Under the pieces are notes generated by a model. It was not told the DNA's origin. It saw nothing but the letters and a program-made list of their open reading frames with translations, and did no database searches. Positions 45,486-59,224 of a DNA stretch of 64,000 bases are shown here, one piece after another (position 1 is the first letter of the stretch; each line of letters starts with the position of its first letter). The translations under genes were made by a program, and so were the position numbers. The stretch comes from the human T2T-CHM13v2.0 reference genome, Homo sapiens. The DNA lies in NCBI RefSeq assembly GCF_009914755.1, contig NC_060930.1; one strand, given 5' to 3'.

Positions 45486-45908
45486 TTTTTAAATAATTTC
45501 AATTGTTTTAGATTCAGGCTTGTTACATGTGCAGGTTTGTTATATGAGTATATTGTGTGATGCTTAGGTTTGGAGTACAATCGACCCTGTTGCCCAGGTA
45601 GTGAGGATAGTACCCAATAGTTACTTTTATAACCCCTGTGGCCTCCCTCTCTCCCTTCTCTAGTAGTCATCAGTGTCTACTGTTTCTATGTACATGTCCA
45701 TGTGTACCCAATGTTTAGCTCCCACTTATAAGTGAAGACACGCAGTGTTTGGTTTTATGTTCCTGTATTAGTCACGTAGGATAGTGGTCTCTAGCTGTAT
45801 CTATGTTCCTGCAAAGGCCATGATATCATTCTTTCATATGGCTGTGTGGTATTCCATGGTACTTATGTGCAACATTTTCTCAATCCAGTCCACCACTGAT
45901 TGGCACCT
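45486..45908 (-). mobile_element. 5'-truncated L1PA15/16-like 3' end
   Basis: tacatgtgcaggtttgttatatgagtatattgtgtgatgct...gatagtacccaatag. Degenerate TSD atttac(t)ccaa. Confidence 0.85.
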
Positions 45909-46129
45909 CTATTTACCCAAATTTAAAATAAGCACTAATACGTCATTCTTAAAGAAAACTGTGAAGTTATTTAAGCCTGAAAAAGATGTTTAGAAAGAAT
46001 ATATTTTTCAGTTTGGTAACATAAGTGGTGTGGCTATTCAAATGTAGACATCAACAGACTCTAGAGCTGCTCTGATAGAAAGTTTCCACATGAAGTATGT
46101 CTGTGATGCACTAATTAAGTCATATCTAT

Positions 46130-46830
46130 AAGTAATGACCCCCATATAATTATCTCCAGCCCAGATGAATACCATCAACTCCAAACTCTTCTCTCCAGCT
46201 TACCATTCAAACTCTTCTATCCAGCTTCCCATTTTATGTAGCCTTTTGATTTTCTGATAATATTTCAAATTTAAAATGGTTGAAGTTGAGCTGTTTTTGT
46301 AGCAACGCTGTTCTATTTCCAGTCTTCCACATCTCAGTAAATAGAAACATAATTCATGTAGATGATAGAAGCAAAAACTTAGGGTAGACTTCAGATTTCT
46401 TTTATTTTCCTTTTCTTTATTCTGCTCTATTAAATACTCAACAATTCAATGTCCAAAATATATCTACCTAAGATCCACCTAGTTCTCTCCATATCATTAC
46501 CACCACTCTAGACCAAAGCAGAATTACTTCTAACCTGTGTTACTGCTATTGTCTTCTTAACTGATGTTTCTTCTTTCACTTGGGTTTCTTTGAAACCCAT
46601 TCTTTAACCAAAAACAACAATGATTTTCAATCTAAGTTGGATCATTTCAATGCTTTAAAATGCTTCAGTGCACTCTAGTTTTCTGTAGCATAAATTCCAA
46701 ACTGCTTTCCATGATCCATAAAAGTCACTGCCTTCTTGGTTCTTGTATACCATTTTCCCTCATGTGGTTCTCTAACCATTCATCCTATGTTTCCTATTTA
46801 TTCACTGTTCTTCAGCCATATCATCTCCAG
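46130..46830 (+). mobile_element. L2 relic
   Basis: tatctccagcccagat, agtcttccacatctcagtaaatag, aaattccaaactgctttccatg. Confidence 0.6.
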
Positions 46831-46893
46831 ATTATCTATGTAAGTCATTTTGCTTCAATTTTTTAAACCCAGTTCTTGAATTGTTAACATCTA

Positions 46894-47200
46894 TGTTGGG
46901 CAGCCTTTAAAATGGCTCACAATGATTTCTACCTCCTGGGATTCATGCTTTTGTTTAATCCCCCTTTTTGCCTGTGAGCTGGACCTAAGTGGTTCATTTC
47001 TATGAATGGAATCTGGAGAAATAAGTGATGTCACTTTCACAACCAGATTACAAATATATTGTGCTTCCAATGTACACACCCTCTCTTACTCTCTCAATTG
47101 CTTCCTCTGAGGGAGAGCAGTTATCATGTGGCACACTGCTTTATGCCCACACGATAAGAAACTAATATTTACAGAGAACACCCAGCAAGATTCTGATATC
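46894..47200 (+). mobile_element. MLT1F/G-like LTR fragment
   Basis: gcagcctttaaaatggctcacaatgatttctacctcctgggattcatgc...gctggacctaagtg. Confidence 0.7.
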
Positions 47201-47976
47201 TCTCCAAATAGCTACACCTCAAGATTATAGTAATTCCTTCTCCCTTGCCACTTCAGGGGTAATGGTTGTGATGATTTTTGCTATTTCTGATGCCAGTGGT
47301 CCTTCCTTACTTCTTTTTAGTTCTTTCAAACTGCCACACCTTTATAAATGGTTCTATGTTGAACTTTGCTCATATTATTTAATTTGAGTGGGCAATGCAT
47401 TTTCTGTTGGGACACAGATGCACATGGGAGAATAAGGGCAGACTCTCATCAATAAGTAATTAGCAATCTTGTTAGAGAGTCAACTCACAGAGAGAAAAAT
47501 GACAAAAAGAAGAGAAAAAAAAATTTGAAAGATCAGAATGAAGGCCTTAATAATGTCATAAAGGTTTTCTTGTAGCCTGCTGGCCTTCCCACTCACCCAA
47601 CAACACACACTAAAACAGCTAATAATACAAAATTCAGTAATCTTTGATATCGCTCATGTATTTCCAAATTTTTTTACCAGAGATGTGTTCTTGCATGCAC
47701 ACATACTCACACACAAACATATACACACACAATTATTTTATAAATTAAGTATTATTCCAGCTGCAACTAATACCTGACAAACTAAAAATATTTATTAATT
47801 TCATAAACAAAAGTGCAGAGGTAGGTAATTTCAGACTTTAAACAGCAACTTGACAATGTCAACAAAGATCCACGCTCTTTCTGACTTTATGAGCCACCAC
47901 TCTTGGCTTTTTGCTTTTATACTTACTGCCTCATGGTTATAAAATAGCAGTGAAATCTTTGGGCATCAGAACTCTA

Positions 47977-48272
47977 TTTATTTTATTTTTTTAACATGGT
48001 CTTTCCCTGTCGCTGGGACTGGAGTGCAGTATCGCAATCATGGCTCACCATAGCCTCAACCTCCTGATCTCAAGTGATCCTCCCACCTCAGCCTTCCAAG
48101 GTAGCTGGGACTACAGGCATGCGCCAGCACATCCAGCTAATTTTGTATTTTTTTTAGAGACGGGGTTTCACCATGTTAGCCAGGCTGGTCTCCAACTCCT
48201 GAGCTCAAGCGATCCTCTTGCCTTTGCCTCCCAAAGTGATGAGCTTATAGGCATAAGCCACTGTGCCTGACC
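47977..48272 (-). mobile_element. AluJ
   Basis: gcaatcatggctcaccatagcctcaacctcc. TSD agaact(ct)att. Confidence 0.9.
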
Positions 48273-48312
48273 AGAACTATTTTCAAAAACAAGAAGCAAG
48301 GTAAAGAGGCGA

Positions 48313-49030
48313 TGAGACCGGAGAATCCGCTGGACCCCTTCGCAGGACTGCAAAAGGGGTGTGGTTTGCTTACTTGGCCGCTGTCCTCAAACCCCTTGCA
48401 GGGGATGGAGTACACAGGCAGGCGGGTGCCAGGGCCAGAGTGAGTACTTTGGGGCTCTGGCCCCATGGTAGCATTTAGGGGTGTGTTATAATTTATGCTA
48501 TTTTAGCAGTTGCCAGTCCGACGATGGCTAAGTGTTAACCAGCTCAGTGGAGAGTCAGGGTGATAGCTTTTTACACCCTGCCCTCTTGGTATCTGGGCCC
48601 TTTCCTGGCATCCGGGAAGAATCAGGTCACAGGGACTTGAAAGATGGTGAATGCAGAGGTTTCATTAAGCAGTGGAAGTGGCTCTCAGCAGAAGGAGAGC
48701 TGGAAAGGGGATGGTGCGGGAAGAAGGAGATCTTCCCCTGAAGCCTGGCCATATCCGCTGGGCTCCCCTCTGAAGTCCTGACGTCCGACATTAAACCGCA
48801 TCTCTCCGCAGTTTCCAATGCTCAGTTACTTCTCTCCACGTTCAGCCACTTGTCCCTCTGCTGGCTGAGGTCTGAGGTTTATACGGGCACGGGATAAGGG
48901 GGTGGGGTGAGCCAAAAAGCAACATTCAGGTGCAAATTAGGAATGCCTGTTCTCATTTAGGGCGGTGGGTCCAGTATTGAGGGTGGAGCCCTCTCCGGGG
49001 ACCCTGCCCTCCTTCTTCCAGTCTGTATCA
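48313..49030 (-). mobile_element. GC-rich ERV1 solo LTR of the LTR1/LTR27/LTR28 group
   Basis: Minus strand starts TGATACAGAC...GGGCAGGGTCCCCGGAGAGGGCTCCACCCTC and ends ...GGTCTCA. 4-bp TSD gcga/gtga at 48309-48312 and 49031-49034. Minus-strand TATAAA at ~48877-48882. Confidence 0.85.
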
Positions 49031-52000
49031 GTGACAGATCCCTAACGACCAGGGCCGTTCATCTGTGTGACTCTCCCATGTTTTATCAACATTGGAGCTT
49101 TTTTGGGGGCCATGAGTCTGACCCTTCCCTCTCCTTTGCTAGAATTTTGTCAAAGGGCAAACTTGAACTGCAAGGGGAACTGGGAAAACAGGAGTCTGGC
49201 AAAAGAAAATGGGGTGATCTTTATAATGACTCACTCCTAGAGCTGGAAGTCTGTTTTAGCTTCCCAGATCAAGGAAACTTTCCCTGTACCAACCACACAA
49301 GTTCTAGATGTTTTAATCAGGGGAGGAAAAGGCGAAAGGCTGTGAATACCAACTAATATTTTCTACAACAAGCACTTATGACATATTATAATGATTTCAT
49401 TATATTTCTTTTATCCTGCTACGTAAATTAGATATTGGTAGTCTTAATCTCAGTGACCTGCACATATTATTCAATAAGTGTTTATTGAGTATAAGAATAG
49501 ACAAACTGTGATAGGTATTGCAATAAAATATATTTACTTCGGGTTTCTTACTAATATCTAATTAATATATCCATTAATTGTACTTTTAGGTGCTTAGGAT
49601 CAAGAAAGACTGAAAGGAATCAAGTTCAATCTTCCATGCACTTAATCTCAAGAGATGATAATTCAGCTTCTACTTACACTGTCATAATGGGAGTGAGGCT
49701 CAATTCTATGAAAATTCTTATTTTTGGTTATAATATGCTTCCCTATAACTGTAATCTTCTGGTTTTAGTCCTGCTTTTGCTGGACCCATGCTGAAACAAT
49801 GTCCACACAGTTTCTCTTATACTCTTTCCTCCAAAATCTGTTTTATTTATTTTCAAATTATTTAATTCTCTTTTCAATGCGTTGTTATCCTAGCTGCATT
49901 TCAAAATCTCAAAGAACCTCTTGAATTTTGGTGTTAAGAATTCTCACGATATGTGGGTATGTTAAAATTCTTCACATATACTAGATACGGGTACTTGACT
50001 ATTGACTAATACATTTTCCTTTTGTCTATATAGAACACTGTCCTCATCATATTTTTGCTAATATTGATTTTTCACTTCAAAACTATACTATGCTAAAACC
50101 ATTTGTTTATAACATAGTCTGTACTATGTACATGTCTATTTTCCAAACCATATAGTCCAAGCCAGGAATCATGTCTTTATTTTACATCTTTGTGACATTT
50201 TAAAAATATCCTAAGACATAAAGAAGTGGTGAATTTTAGTAAAATAACTAGCAGATTTGAGGCACTAAAATAAGCATATTGCAGGAAAATTTCTCAGTCT
50301 ATGTGTTCCAAATTACCTTATCTTTTAAACAGGACTGTTAAGAATCTGATGTCAGAAACTGTGTTGCAGTCAGTGATAATATGTATTTGCCTATAAACTT
50401 CAAAATATTGTGCATATAAAAAGTGTTAGTATTATTTTAGGTGATGGATATCTGTTTGTCAAATATTTAACATTCTTCTCAGTTCAAGTTTCAAATTAAA
50501 TATTAATATAGGTATTTTTAACCCACATTCATATAGTTACATATTTTGGTTTAATTCTGAAAAATTGCTAGAGGTAATACTCATCTACTACACTGATATT
50601 AACCAAATGTGAGACAGTTAAAGTTTATTGAAATATATTCCCTCAAGATCTTTTTACCTGAACTCTAAGCCAACCCAGTAGTAATAATTTTATTCTCATT
50701 TTACTAATTCCTGATAAAACTTAGGTGCTAATAACCCATCATGTTAATCCTTCCTAGAATTTTATGTAATATAATTTTATATTATAAAAATAAAGATCAT
50801 AATAAGCATACTACAAGCCGACTTTACAGATACCACATAAATATAACATTGGAAAATAAAAAGAAAATAGTTTCAAAGGTAGCAATTCATTTGCTGAGGG
50901 AAAGGTTTTAATGACAAACAATGTCATATCCATATCTTTGATAAAATTTGTTCCAAATTAATTTTATGTATTGATTTTTATTTTCTAAATTCTCATTGCA
51001 TTTGTGTGTTTCAGAGTTAAAATGGGCTGGAGGCCACAAATTTGAAGCTTCTTTCTATTTTATGTCAAGAAAATGGTTATTCAGACTCTGTCTGAGTATT
51101 TCAAGGAATATCCCAAAGACAGGGTAGTCAACTCAAAATTAACTTAAAAAAAAAAAGGTATTTTATTTTGTCCAAAACTACCTTATTGTAAAATCTACTC
51201 ACTAGTTTTAGTTTTGCACAACAGAAATACTATGACAATGCTCTTTTTCCCCACAGAGTATAGGCACCCCCATATGCGCACACAGGTATTTCCACATACA
51301 CACATTTTTGGATTCTCTCTCTGATACTTGTTCACAAGAAGTGTTTTGTGTGTTTTTCTCTTTCCCTATCCTCCTATCCTTGTGGTAAGTACAAGAGATG
51401 ACCTGCCTGATGAGGAAAAAGTTCTGCAAATGCCTGTCTCCTTTTCCTGAGACTGATTTATTACAGGCACAAAGTAGTAATAAGTTCATCTTGTCTCTAA
51501 TATCAGCTACACGCCAAGCCCTTAATTTCCCAGGAAACAAAGCGATTCAACCAGAAATAATATTAGAAAAATATAAATTTGTGTTATTTTCATAGTTTTT
51601 CCTTTTCATATTTTTCTTTTTGTTTTTTACTAGCATGCATTTTTCTGTTTCAAATCAACGAAAAAGGAAAACTCACTAAGTAAAATCCCAATGCTTACAT
51701 ATATTCTTTATAGTCATAATGGTTGTTCTGCTTTTATTCTTCTACTTTTAATTTTTATTATTATTCTGGGAAGGGACCAAAAAAATTAAGTAAGAGAAAG
51801 TAGTAGACTTTTTAAAAAATCTAAAGTAGTAGACTTTAAAAAAAATCTAAAGCAGGAAGAATAAAAAATCCCATAAAGGGCCATTAAAAAATAATTAAAA
51901 CTAATTTCCAATAAATTCCGTAACCTTAGAATAAAGGAAGGATTCCAAAAGGGGAAACTGAGGAGAATACAATAACAGTAGAAATTACAAAGAGAAAGGA

Positions 52001-52266
52001 TTTTTATGTAAAATATATTTTTGTAGATAAAAAGGCTTTGTAAAAGGAAAAAAATATGATGCTTCAGTAACTAAAAAATAATAATGGCATTTCAAAACCG
52101 AATAAATGACCAATGCATTTAAAGTGTGATACAAGAAAACATAGAGACTTGACAGGACTTAAGGAATTTTTTTTGGTCCTTACTGAAGAAATAATTCCAC
52201 TTAAAAAGACAATAATCTAATTTTCTGATGAGGTGTTTTGGAGAACAATTTTCTAGTCTTTCAGAG

Positions 52267-52268
<2 letters not shown>

Positions 52269-52315
<47 letters not shown>
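52269..52315. repeat. Pure (TA)23 microsatellite
   Basis: Uninterrupted TA run. Confidence 0.98.
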
Positions 52316-52318
<3 letters not shown>

Positions 52319-52898
52319 TCCTTGCAGACAATGTTTTACATATCAATTTTGTTTTTTCTTTCAAAAACTCCCAGAAATTTTTAATAAAGTGTCAGATTGG
52401 TTTTTCAGAAAGCACTCATATTTATCAACAAAAGTAGATTTAAAGACTTCATGGTGCAAAATCTGCCAAATTATTGTTTATAAGTTCCATAATGCATTTG
52501 AATGGAAAAGTAAGAGATAAGAAAATTAGTAACTCCAGGGATAAAATTTTATTCCTATTAATGACATCTGCTGACAGAGCCCCAAAGATGTTTATTTGAA
52601 ATAAACACAATGTTCTTAAATCCCTTCTCTAGGAATTTGGAATATGAAGTTCAAAATCGGGAAGTATGCTTTTAAGGAAAGTTCAGCTGAAACTACACAG
52701 AAAGATTATGAAGAAACCCAAGTGATAACTTTCTAGAACCTGTGGATTTTGAAATGTATTTCCTAAAACTCACTCTTTCAGCTGTCCAAGATTAATGGGG
52801 CCTTGGAAACATGAATTATCCTACCAAAACCATACAAACACAAAGACGACCTGGTGTTATTTATTGCTTTGCAATGAAAATGCATGCTGTTCACATGA

Positions 52899-53352
52899 TA
52901 CAGTATATTGAATTGTATCTTCCAAAAAGCTATGTCTAAGTCCTAACTCTGGACATGTGACTAAGATTTTATTTGGGGAAAAAAGGTCTTTGCAGATATA
53001 ATTAAGTTAAGGATCTTGACATGAGATCATACTGCATTTAATATGGGCTTTAAATCCATGACTGATGTCTTTATAAAAGAAAGGAGAGGAGATATGGCAC
53101 ACAGAGAAGACAATGAGAAGATGAAGGCAGAGATTGGCGATACACTGCCATAAATCAAAAAACACCAGGAGACACCAGAAGCTGAAAGAGGTAGGAAAGG
53201 AATTTCCCCTAGAATCTTTGGAGGGAGAAAGCATGGGCCTGCCAATACCTTAATTGCAGGCTTCCAGTTTGAGCATGAGAGAATACATGTCTTTTTTCAA
53301 AAAGCCTCCAAATTTATAGTAATTTGTTATGGCAGCCTAGGAAACAAATACA
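52899..53352 (+). mobile_element. MLT1C-like solo LTR
   Basis: ggtctttgcagatataattaagttaaggatcttg...ggcagcctaggaaacaaataca. Perfect TSD CATGA at 52894-52898 and 53353-53357. Confidence 0.9.
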
Positions 53353-54657
53353 CATGATCCGGGCTCTATTAACAAACCAAGCATGTGGAGACCCAATATT
53401 ATTTATTACTAAACATAATGAGAAGACTCATTGTTTGTTTATTACTATGAAATGAAAATGAATGATTATTATCCTCTCTCTGTGGAAGTACTAAGGATAA
53501 TCAGAACAATGCTTTTATATAGAGGAAGAGAATATTACAGTTAGATGATTTTTAAAAATGTTTCTCAGCTACAGTGAATGCAGTGTTTTTTCTCACAAGG
53601 TACTTCTTGCCCATGGATTTACAACTGGCCAAATTGAATCTTTTGGTCAAGACTCTCTACTGTGAGTAGAGCAGGAAATACATGAAAACATTCAATATAT
53701 GTGATACATTCTTCTACGAATTTTGAATAACCTTTTTTTACCTTTCTAAAATTCTTTGTCTCTGCCATAAGCTTTACAACGAAGAAACATCCTTTCTATA
53801 TATAGAGCTATAATTCAGTGTATTATTATCTGGTTGTCCTTTAACTTGAGCTCTGTAAGAGATAACCAAGTTCTCCAATGATGTGTTGGGACAAATCTTT
53901 GCTTCTCAGAGCAAAGTTTATGTTATGTATTTTAAAGAAAGCTGTCATTTTGGTGACTTCACATATCCAAATATTAAGCTGTGGCTCCTGCATTCCATTA
54001 ATTTATTTAACATGAAAATAAAGACTGAATTTTAAAAATAAAGATTATTCTTATAAATATAACATTAAATTTGTATTCATTTGTGAATAAATATTTTTTA
54101 AGGTTAAAATATTGGTTTAATCAATATTTGATACCCGAAGATTAATTCCATATTTAATAATACATTGAATTTTGTTGCACTGCCTTTTTGTCATCTATTT
54201 ATTTACTTCCTTGAGTGTTATTTATTTATATGATTCCGTGTAACTAATATTAGCCCTTTGTTTACACTCAAAGCTGCAGGTTATTATTTTTATTTATATA
54301 TTTTTTCTCAAATGATTTTTTAAAGTATCAAATAACCTTTCTTATTATGTATTTGATGGACAGCGTTTGTCTTTGTGAAGTTTGGTTCTTTCTTCAATAA
54401 AAATTTTAAAAAATAAGCAAAATCTGTTTTAATGGAAATTGATTCTTAAATACAAAATTAATGATTATGATTTTTAAAGGGAATTCCATTGCTTTCTAAT
54501 AAAATATATAAAATTTATTACATTTAAGAGGCTACACATGCACTGAGATCTTATTTGTCTTTTGTTTAAACCATTTTATTTTATTTTATTACTTATGCCA
54601 TGTGTACATCATCTGTGTTATCATTTATATTTTTATACTTTAAATTTATTAAACTAC

Positions 54658-55130
54658 TGTATTAATCTAAATATCAGCAATTTTTTAATAAAAGTACTCA
54701 GATGATTGAGTTGAATACGTTTTGAAAAGAGGGATTACTTACAAAATGGTGGACATAGCAAAAGAACAAAGAAGATAAGACATGCAATTACTAGAAGTTT
54801 GAGAAGGTAGGAACAACTCTTGGAGCTGAAAAGCATGGAAATAGTGTCAGTGGAGCTGTGCGAGAGTTAAGACAAAGTGAAAACGTTTCCATTAACTTAG
54901 ACCTTGGGTTCCAACAAATCTAGTTTATGCCAGACAAGGCAGAAAAAAATATACTGATCTCTCTCTTCCTACCCTTTAATCTCTGCTGCCATTCATTGAT
55001 TAGACTCAACCAACATCCTATTAACAAGGTGGCTCAGATAATGAATTCTATAGTGGCAAAAAAGTAGAGAGGGAAAAAGCTAATAATGGATCTGGGGTAG
55101 GGTAGGAAATAAAGAGAAGATGGTCAGTAC
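54658..55130 (-). mobile_element. ERVL LTR33-like relic
   Basis: Minus strand starts tgtactgaccatc...ccccagatccatt. Also ctgatctctctcttcct...cattgattagactcaacc. Confidence 0.55.
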
Positions 55131-58100
55131 AATTATTCTCCTATTTAAAGAGTGGAGGAGTGGCCAAAGAATGATCTATAAACTTTAAAAAAGCACTTAG
55201 GTAAATAGTTACACAAACATTACAATTCACACAGATGCCACAACATTCCAAAAAAAAAAGGAGCTCCAATCCTGTGTGATACTGACATATCATTACATGA
55301 AGCCATGACGGCTTTCATTTTATTTTCTAAAAATAATATGAATTATTTTTTGATAAACCAAGTCTTTTTAAAATAAAATAACCTCAAGGTAATGTTTTAA
55401 AATGTGAGATAGATAAATTTTGTGAGTAAAGACTTAGAATATAACAAAAATATAAATTCATCTTTCAACTCTGGTATAACAATAAAAACAGAAAGAAGTC
55501 ACACATAATGTAAAATTACAAAACTCATTATGAATTCAATGGCAAATATTATGATCTGAAATAGGAGGAATAAGTTTTATCCAGAATTCCATATGGAATG
55601 ACTACTCTACATTGTGTATCACTGATCCATAAAGCATTAGAGCAGTTATGATCCCACATGTTGACATGCTTTGCTATACATTTGGAAAAAGTAATCTACT
55701 GAATTGAATCAGTTCATTGCACATATTATATTTATTTATGTGGGAGAATAGCTAGGCAACTTTCTATCTTACACTAATAATACATGTAACAGGAAATTAG
55801 ATGTTTTGTTAGGTAATGATTTAAGTCATAACATAGACTAGAAAATGCACTGATATCATTCCTGATGATTCTTCAGCTCTGTGTGTACAACCAAAAAAGA
55901 GTCATTTCTATATGACAAAATGAGAAATTTTATCTAAATTCCAATCTGGACTTACTCTAAGAGGGAAAAAATAAGAGGTCATCACTAATTTAAGACATTT
56001 TTTAAATCTTAAATAAAAAATTAAGATTAAAAGAAATTAATCTTAAAAATAATAAATGCCATAAATATATTGAATTCTTCATCACTGAGTAAACATCTTT
56101 TTAGCATTCAGGGCACAAATGTGGTCCATGAGTATACTTCTCTGCTGCTAACTACTGTTTTCCACTAAATTTTGTTAGATATTCAATGGGAGATTTGAAA
56201 GTGAGAATTGAGATAAAAAGATCTCTTCACGACATAAGTAATGCCATTAAATCAATTTCAATGATTTCAAGTGTTTCTTGAGTGACAAATCTCAATGATA
56301 CTTTCATTATTCATATTTTCCCTAACCCACAGTCCTGAAAGATCACAATTTCTTAATGTTGTGGTAAGACAATAAGATAATATCGTCAGAAGATTGAACT
56401 GGGGTCCAAGCAGAGATATCCAACAGTTTTATTCTTTCTTAACACATGGTAATTGTCTTCACTCATTGGCGAAAGAAGCTGATGAAGTATTATTAAGTAT
56501 ACCTTAAAATGAACTCGAATACTATAGTAGATCATGAAGAAACACTTTCCAGAACTCAAGGCAAGAGAAGCTGATTGGAAACACGAATTTTGTCTACCAA
56601 ATTGAAAGATTTGAAATTCCAGCTTTTGAGTGAAATTAATCAGCTTTGTATCTGTTTTGGAGACAGGAAATAGTCTTCAGTAAGAAAAGACATGATAACT
56701 TCTGATTCCAAGTGTTATATATTATGCCCAAATATCTGATAGATTCACTCCAATCCTGGCTGCCATTCTCAATGACCTATTTTACTTCTAGTTCTATTTA
56801 GGGGTTGTACACATTTACAAGAAAACATTGATGGATGGTGAAATCTGACCAACACCTCATGATCTTTATTCATCAACCTGAATAGGTAACCTGGTTAAAG
56901 TTTACAAAATGTCATGCATTTTATGTGATATAATTATTTAAATTGAAATATTAATTTAATAATAACATCTGTGATAATCTTACACACATTTTTAAACTCA
57001 GTGATTCGTAAAAGTAGTTTAACAATATCAAATTTCAGAAATGTTGCTGTAAAGAACATAATTCATAATTTTGAAATGCCGTTATAAAACATAAAGAAAT
57101 GGAATAAGTGGAAACTTGAGGAAATTACTATCATGTAGATTAATTTGTTTGCTTGAACAATAAAGAATATAAGTGGATAAAATGTAGATTAACATATTAC
57201 AACATGTATTTTAGGGAAGTGCAAATTTCTGATTAAGAAAATTTTAGAAATTCTGCATCATATAATCCCCAAATGAACTGTTACAATGCATAGAAGAAGA
57301 CAAGATAAATCTTTCAGCTAATAAACATCAAAATTTCTTTTAACCAAGAATTTTCAAAATATATCTGATGCTTTTGTGATATGTACTAGTTCTTTTTATT
57401 AGCAGAACCTATGTTCATTGGAAGATATTTTGGGAAAAATGGTCCGGATAATTGCTTTCCTAATATTGGAATTTAAAAGTGGATCATTTAAAATAAAAAC
57501 AAACAAATTATACAAGTCAGTCTTACCAACAATATGGTAATAATTATTTGTTCATTAAATACTAACATTTATTTCTTTGCCTGTCCATGCATTTTCTTAA
57601 TTCAATCCACTCAATAAATTAGTTGGCATTATAATGCTAAATCACTCATTAGAGCATAACTGTTCAGCACATTTATTTATTTTATAAAATATTTGAAACA
57701 CTATTTATCTTTTTTACCATTGTTTTTAAAAATGCAATCACACTCCATACTCTAGATGTCTTGAAATACTTTCATAAGGGCTGAAAACATCTTTATTTCA
57801 AATACCATATGCAAGTTAAAATGAAACATTTATTTAACCTTCATTATTTTCCCTTGCTATAATTAGCAACTAATCTTATCCACATATAGCCGCAGGCTCA
57901 GAGCAACTAAATGCTTGACTGTCGGAATGATTTGGGAACTTTACTTTCTGATAATTACAAGATATAATTACTTTGGAGCTTTCAAAGACCTTTCAGTGAT
58001 TAGGGAAGCTTTTCTAAATCAGTCATAACATTTGTATTACTAATAAACTAAGAAGTCCTACACTCTAATAGCTGACACGTTTAGAAGAAACATCAGTTCT

Positions 58101-59224
58101 AAAAATGGTATTGCAGACTTCAGGGAAAACCATTTAAGTATTAAAAGCATTACCATCTACAAAATCCAGCTTCATAATTTTTATTTTATAAATACATAAT
58201 CGATTAAGGTGTATAAAATCAATTTTATGGGCATATTTTCAGAACACTGAATATAGGAAATATAGAATAATTAATAAAACATGCAAAAAATTAAAGAAAA
58301 AAATTTCTTTCATCAGCGCTCAATAGCCTATACCAACCAAAAGAGCAGTGTTAGGAAATTTACTGCCAGAGTAATTCACACAAAAATTTGTCACCAAAGA
58401 TCTGAGTACCTTAGGAAAGTATGAGCAATTTTTATTTTCTGCGTGACAACGAATATGCCAGGGAAATTGTTGCTGAATTTTAATCTGAATATAGGAAAAA
58501 TCAGAAGTGGAAAACTCATGTTTGAAAGTCGAGGAAAAGTAAGTAATTTACTGAAATAATTCCGGTCTATTTTTCTTTATGCTGAAAGCATTTTTTTTTT
58601 AAGTTTCACTGTCAATATGACTAAAATGTGGCATATCAATGCCAGTGAGACAAGATTCACTGTATTACAGGTGGACGTGGCAAAGAACACTTTGAAAAGC
58701 GGAATACATATATTAGGGTTCTTTCCAGGAGTGTGAGATAAAAATTAACATCTCTGTTTATTTAACACTCAAGGAACATGTGTAATCGTAATATATTTAT
58801 ATGTACAAGAATCTCAGCTAAATTTTATTGAAAAATAGTCCCACAGAGACACTGAGATATGTGAGATTAAAAAAGTAAAATTTTATACAAAGATGTTAAA
58901 GAAGTTCTCATAATACCATAATACTCTCAGAATAGGAAGTTCCTTTACTACGTTACTATATAGCATTTGTTGTTTAGTTTTTGAACTAGCTCTGTATTTT
59001 GATGAATCCAAACTTGTTTGTCTAAATCTACACAATGGCTACTGTAAAAGAAGTAGTTAGTTTGAGAAATCGGTGTCTTTAAAAATGCTTAGTGAAACAA
59101 TCTGCACACTTAAGTTCTGGATTCCTGAGTTCTTTCCCTGCTTCTGCACATTTAGGAATTATGTGACTTTATTATGAACACATTTCTACTATATGTCAAG
59201 TATTCTTGCTATATGTTACTAGTA

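Larger units (their letters stand above)
47750..49370 (-). mobile_element. Old MLT1K/L-like LTR, split by an AluJ and an ERV1 LTR
   Basis: gacaatgtcaacaaagatcca...tgcctcatggttataaaatagc, and later ctgcaaggggaactgggaaa. Confidence 0.5.

Noticed and set aside
51208-51540. 110-aa minus-strand ORF
   Set aside because: It has a non-ATG start, no recognisable homology and no supporting gene structure.
52119-52437. ORFs with IYIYIY runs
   Set aside because: They are translations of the (TA)23 microsatellite.
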